From Mycobacterium sp. (GTDB lineage Bacteria; Actinomycetota; Actinomycetes; Mycobacteriales; Mycobacteriaceae), in the NCBI GenBank assembly GCA_035505695.1, contig DATJQO010000016.1:627-64626 (forward strand): a stretch of DNA of 64,000 nt. The letters run 5' to 3'. A program made the translations under genes and the position numbers. The stretch's first letter is position 1. Every line of letters starts with the position of its first letter. Below the pieces are notes generated by a model, which ran no database searches, had not been told where the DNA came from, and saw only the letters and a program-made list of their open reading frames with translations. This document shows positions 59,842 through 64,000 of this stretch, one piece after another.

Positions 59842-61041
59842 GTGTCCGAATTGCTTGAATCGATACAGACCCGCGCCGAGTCGGCCGTGATCACCGACGC
59901 GGAGATTTTCGACGCACATGTAGGCGGCAAGCTTTCGGTAGGTTTGACGGCTCGGCTGGACACCCAACGTTCCTTGTCTATCGCCTACACGCCGGGTGTG
60001 GCGCAGGTGAGTCGTGCGATCGCCGCCAATCACACCCAAGCCGCCAGTTATACCTGGGCCAATCGCCTGGTGGCGGTCGTCAGCGATGGCAGCGCGGTTC
60101 TGGGCCTTGGCGACATCGGACCGGCGGCGTCGCTGCCGGTGATGGAGGGCAAGTGCGCCCTCTTCAAGGCATGTGGCGGACTCAACGCCATCCCGATCGT
60201 GCTCGACACCAAGGACCCCGACGAGATCGTCGAAACCCTGGTGCGACTGCGGCCCACATTCGGCGCCGTGAACCTCGAGGACATCTCCGCGCCGCGCTGC
60301 TTTGAGATCGAACGACGCGTCATCGAAGCAATGGACTGCCCGGTGATGCACGACGACCAGCACGGCACGGCCATCGTGGTGCTCGCGGCGCTGATGGGCG
60401 CCAGCAAGTTGCTTGGCCGTGACATGACGTCGCTGAAGGTGGCGGTTTCCGGCGCCGGGGCCGCCGGTGTCGCTTGCTCGAATCTCCTTCTGGCGATGGG
60501 TGCTTCAGACGTCACTGTGCTCGATTCGCGCGGAATTCTGCATCCCTTGCGCGACGACATGAACAGTGTCAAGGCCGAGCTGGCACGCCGCAGCAACCCC
60601 CGCGGCCTGGCAGGGGGCATCGCGGAAGCGCTCGAGGGGGCAGACGTGTTCCTCGGCTTGTCGGCGGGCGTGGTGCCTGAAGAGCTGATCGCCACCATGG
60701 CGCCCAACGGGATCGTGTTTGCGCTGTCCAACCCCGATCCGGAGATCCATCCCCAGGTCGCGGCGAAGTACGCGGCCGTGGTGGCCACCGGCCGTAGCGA
60801 CTTCTGCAACCAGATCAATAATGTGCTGGCTTTTCCCGGCGTGTTCCGGGGTGCGCTGGACGCCGGCGCACGCCGGATCACCGAGAAAATGATGGTCGCC
60901 GCGGCCGAGGCCATCTTCTCCGTCGTCAGTGCCGACCTCGCAGCCGACCGAATTGTCCCCAGCCCGCTGGATCTTCGTGTCGGGGATGCAGTCGCCACGG
61001 CGGTGGCCCTGGCCGCAGAGTCCTCTGACACCGCGGGGTGA
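59842..61041 (+). CDS. NAD(P)-dependent malic enzyme (short, MaeB-N-type)
   Basis: 399 aa with YTPGVAQVSRAIA, GLGDIGPAASLPVMEGKCALFK and the dinucleotide fold VSGAGAAGVAC. Confidence 0.9.
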   Translation: MSELLESIQTRAESAVITDAEIFDAHVGGKLSVGLTARLDTQRSLSIAYTPGVAQVSRAIAANHTQAASYTWANRLVAVVSDGSAVLGLGDIGPAASLPVMEGKCALFKACGGLNAIPIVLDTKDPDEIVETLVRLRPTFGAVNLEDISAPRCFEIERRVIEAMDCPVMHDDQHGTAIVVLAALMGASKLLGRDMTSLKVAVSGAGAAGVACSNLLLAMGASDVTVLDSRGILHPLRDDMNSVKAELARRSNPRGLAGGIAEALEGADVFLGLSAGVVPEELIATMAPNGIVFALSNPDPEIHPQVAAKYAAVVATGRSDFCNQINNVLAFPGVFRGALDAGARRITEKMMVAAAEAIFSVVSADLAADRIVPSPLDLRVGDAVATAVALAAESSDTAG

Positions 61042-61907
61042 GAGCCGGCCGGCTGGTGGCGCCGCTGGTCGCCGCCGTACTCGCTGCGGCTGGTTGCGCC
61101 ACCGACTCGGGCGACCGTCGTGCTGGTCGGGAACTAGTGGTCGGCTCCCGCGCTGACTCCGAATCGGCGCTGCTGGCCGACGTCTATGTTGCTGCGCTTG
61201 CGTCATACGGTTTTCCAGCGCGCGCCGAGACCGCCGCCGACCCGATGGCGCAAATGGACACGGGCGCGTTCACAGTTGTCCCCGCCTTCACCGGCCGTAC
61301 ATTGCAAGCCTTGCAGCCGGGCGCGGCGGCGATGTCCGACACTGCGGTCTACCGTGCGATGGTGGCTGCGTTGCCAGAGGGCATCACTGCGGGCGACTAC
61401 ACGACGGCTGCCGAAGACAAACCCGTGCTGCTGGTGACTGGGTCCACCGCCAAGGCGTGGGGCGGTAGTGATGTCAGCGCAGAATTGAGCTCGTTGCCGA
61501 AGCACTGCGACGGCCTGATCGTCGGAACTGTCACCGGTCAACCGGCACCGTCGACCGTCGGCACCTGCCGGCTTCCCGCCGCGCGCGAGCTCCCGGACGA
61601 CGCGACGATGTTTGCTGCGGTGCGGGACGGTCAGCTGACGGCAGGGTGGACGACGACCGCCGACCCCGGCATTCCCGCCGACCTGGTTTCGCTGGCCGAC
61701 GGCAAACCCGCACTGGTACGGGCGGAGAACGTGGTGCCGCTGTATCGACGCAACGCACTGAGCGATCGGCAACTGCTGGCGATCAACGAAGTGGCCGGCG
61801 TGCTGGACACCACGGCACTGGCCGAGATGCGCCGCCAAGTGGCCGGCGGAGCCAACCCGCAGGCGGTGGCATCCGGATGGTTGACAGAACACCCGCTGGG
61901 GCGTTGA
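61038..61907 (+). CDS. lpqZ: lipoprotein, glycine-betaine/OpuAC-like substrate-binding fold
   Basis: It has a signal peptide with lipobox LAAAGC and is 289 aa. It overlaps the malic enzyme stop by 4 nt. The position next to the SDR and kgd matches Rv1244. Confidence 0.75.
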   Translation: MRAGRLVAPLVAAVLAAAGCATDSGDRRAGRELVVGSRADSESALLADVYVAALASYGFPARAETAADPMAQMDTGAFTVVPAFTGRTLQALQPGAAAMSDTAVYRAMVAALPEGITAGDYTTAAEDKPVLLVTGSTAKAWGGSDVSAELSSLPKHCDGLIVGTVTGQPAPSTVGTCRLPAARELPDDATMFAAVRDGQLTAGWTTTADPGIPADLVSLADGKPALVRAENVVPLYRRNALSDRQLLAINEVAGVLDTTALAEMRRQVAGGANPQAVASGWLTEHPLGR

Positions 61908-61931
61908 GGTGGGCCGACGAAACCCCGGAGA

Positions 61932-62778
61932 TCAGCGTCTGTGCATCAACCGCAGCACAGCGTGCTTGGCGCGGCTCATGACAGGACCGGGCAGCAGCTG
62001 CTGATAACTCGAAGCCGTCAGCCGCACTAGCAGGTCCATTGCCTTGACGTCCGATCCGACCAGGACCCGCGACTTTGTTCTTGCGGACCACCTCGAGGAT
62101 GATCCGAGCGGCTTTTTGCGGGCTGGTGCCGGCTTGTTGCGCCTCGAACTGATTGGCCAGCTCGTCCTGGTCCAGCCCTTCGGCGAAGGTGGCATTGCGG
62201 GCGAACCCCGTCTTAACAGCGCCCGGGTGCACCGTGGTCACCCGCACCGGGTGGCCGGCGGCCAGCATCTGCTGGCGCAGCGCCTCGGTGAAGCGCCGCA
62301 CGGCGAACTTGGCGGACACGTATGCCGCCTGCCCGGCCGCCGCAAACGGGCCTAGGGCGCTCGAGATGTTGATGATGTGGCCGTCGCCGGAAGCGATCGG
62401 GTGGGGAGGAAAGCCTTGGTGCCGTTGACCCCAAAAGTCGACGTCCATCACCCGTTCCATGTCCTTGAACCGGCTCTCTTCGATGGATCCGATGAACGTG
62501 ATGCCGGCGTTGTTGTAGACCTGGTTGACCATGCCGAAGTGCTCGTTGACCGCGTCGGCGTAGGCCAGGAAGGCCTCCCGCTCGGTCACGTCGAGCCGAT
62601 CCGCTTGACCGGTGCACCGATTGCCTTCAGCTGCTCCCCGGTTTCGGCCAGGCCCTCGATGTCGACGTCACTGATCGCCAGCTTGGCTCCAGCACGACCG
62701 AGCTCGACGGCCAGCGCCCGGTCCTATGCCGGAACCGGCACCCGTCACCACGGCAACCTTGCCGGCGAACTCATGCAT
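61932..62778 (-). pseudogene. short-chain dehydrogenase/reductase paralogue, multiply frameshifted
   Basis: MHEFAGKVAVVTGAGSGIG is followed by shifts near 62720, 62604 and 62070-62078. A locally scrambled segment lies at about 62400-62435. When re-phased, the protein is colinear with the intact neighbour (…DVTEREAFLAYADAVNEHFGMVNQVYNNAGI…SAKFAVRRFTEALRQ…RVLVGSDVKAMDLLVRLT…). Confidence 0.8.
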
Positions 62779-62850
62779 GCAACACTCCCTCGTGGAGGCT
62801 CGATCGCGTTGGGGCTGGCCGTGGCAGCAATTACGGGCAGAGAAAAAAAT

Positions 62851-63684
62851 TTACTGCTTGAGCATCAACCGACCCATGACGGGCCCGAATAGCTGCTGAT
62901 ACCGCGGGCCGGTCAGCCGGACCAGGGCGTCCAGGACCTTGGCATCCGTGCCGACCAGTACCCGGGCCTTCTTCTTGCGCACCGCCTCCAGGATGATCTG
63001 CGCGGCTCGTTGTGGACTGGTCCTGGCCAGCCGTTTGTCGAACGTCCTCGCCAGCTCAGCCTGGTCGAGTCCGTCGGCCACGGTGGCGTTGCGGGCGATG
63101 GCGGTTCTGATCCCGCCAGGATGCACGGTGGTGACCGCCACCGGATGTCCGGCGATCGACATCTCCTGTCGCAGTGCCTCTGTGAAGCCGCGCACGGCGA
63201 ACTTGGCCGAGTTGTAGGCCGCTTGTCCCGGCGCCGAGAAGAGCCCGAACACGCTGGAGATGTTGATGACGTGGCCGTCACCGGAGGCGATCAGGTGCGG
63301 AAGGAACGCCTTGGTGCCGTTGACGACACCCCAGAAGTCGACGTCCATCACGCGTTCGATGTCTTTGAACTGGCTGACTTCGACGTCGCCGGTGAAGGCG
63401 ATGCCGGCGTTGTTATAAATCTGGTTCACCCGGCCGAAGTGCTCGCTGACTGCGTCGGCGTAGGCCAGGAAGGCCTCGCGCTCGGTCACATCGAGGCGGT
63501 CCGCTTTGACCGGGGCACCAATTGCCTGCAACCGTTCTTCCGTCTGCGCCAGGCTCTCGGTGTCGACGTCACTGATCGCCACCTTGGCGCCCGAGCGAGC
63601 CAGCTCGACGGCCAGCGCTTGTCCGATACCCGAACCCGCACCCGTCACCACGGCGACCTTGCCGGCGAACCCTTGCATGAGCAC
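62851..63684 (-). CDS. short-chain dehydrogenase/reductase (Rv1245c-like)
   Basis: 277 aa with TGAGSGIG, NNAG and the S...YNSAK catalytic pattern. Confidence 0.92.
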   Translation of the reverse strand: MLMQGFAGKVAVVTGAGSGIGQALAVELARSGAKVAISDVDTESLAQTEERLQAIGAPVKADRLDVTEREAFLAYADAVSEHFGRVNQIYNNAGIAFTGDVEVSQFKDIERVMDVDFWGVVNGTKAFLPHLIASGDGHVINISSVFGLFSAPGQAAYNSAKFAVRGFTEALRQEMSIAGHPVAVTTVHPGGIRTAIARNATVADGLDQAELARTFDKRLARTSPQRAAQIILEAVRKKKARVLVGTDAKVLDALVRLTGPRYQQLFGPVMGRLMLKQ

Positions 63685-63762
63685 CCTTCCTTGTCGGCTC
63701 GTTTGAGTCGAGGCTAGCCGGTACCAGCGGTCCCTGATACCAGCGGGCTGTCGCCGGGCTGG

Positions 63763-64000
63763 CTAGGCGAACGCCGTGTCGAGGATCTCCTGCTGCTCGA
63801 CGGCGTGCACCTTCGACGAACCCGACGACGGCGCCGACATCGCCCGACGCGAGATGCGGTTGATGCCGGTCAAGGTGTCGGGCAGCAACTCGGGCAGCTC
63901 GAGGCCGAAGCGGGGCCACGCGCCCTGGTTGGCCGGCTCCTCCTGCACCCAGAAGAACTCCTCGACGCTTGGGTAGCGGTCCAGCGTTTCACCCAGCCGG
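63763..64000 (-). CDS. kgd: 2-oxoglutarate decarboxylase/dehydrogenase E1, C-terminal end (gene continues past window end)
   Basis: ...[60 protein letters not shown] is almost identical to the C-terminus of M. tuberculosis Kgd (Rv1248c) as I remember it. Confidence 0.9.
   Translation of the reverse strand, partial: RLGETLDRYPSVEEFFWVQEEPANQGAWPRFGLELPELLPDTLTGINRISRRAMSAPSSGSSKVHAVEQQEILDTAFA

Overview
High-GC actinobacterial chromosome segment. From about 17.9 kb to the end, gene content and order match the slow-growing Mycobacterium core region that, from my memory of M. tuberculosis H37Rv, runs roughly Rv1191 to Rv1248c. It carries an alpha/beta hydrolase, fadD36, an MFS transporter, dapD/dapE, a LOG protein, fadD6, folP2, gpgS, tagA, glgA/glgC, an ABC exporter with a TetR regulator, sigE-rseA-htrA-tatB, mrp, lpqY-sugABC, corA, mdh, lpqZ, an SDR and the 3' end of kgd. 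The MTBC-specific insertions I recall for this interval are absent: PE/PPE/esx genes, IS1081, vapBC and relBE. Protein sequences differ from H37Rv throughout, so this is a non-MTBC mycobacterium; the species cannot be determined from the sequence alone. The left ~13.9 kb is accessory DNA. It holds a string of small phage-like ORFs, a DMT transporter and a co-directional cassette with two class III nucleotide cyclases, one fused to a STAND NTPase, plus two orphan ORFs. It also holds a decayed integration module (serine integrase, Xis, small Cys-rich ORF, RepA-like AAA ATPase) inserted inside a REP13E12/DUF222 ORF, as phiRv1 is in M. tuberculosis. A lipid/steroid-type catabolic operon follows at 13.9-17.8 kb. 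The most striking window-wide signal is gene decay. At least nine ORFs carry frameshifts, in-frame TAG codons or a fusion-generating deletion, while neighbouring housekeeping genes are intact. This fits either reductive evolution or, less well, assembly indel errors. I recognised no rRNA, tRNA or CRISPR array. Coordinates of lesions and regulatory motifs come from hand translation and are approximate to a few nucleotides.
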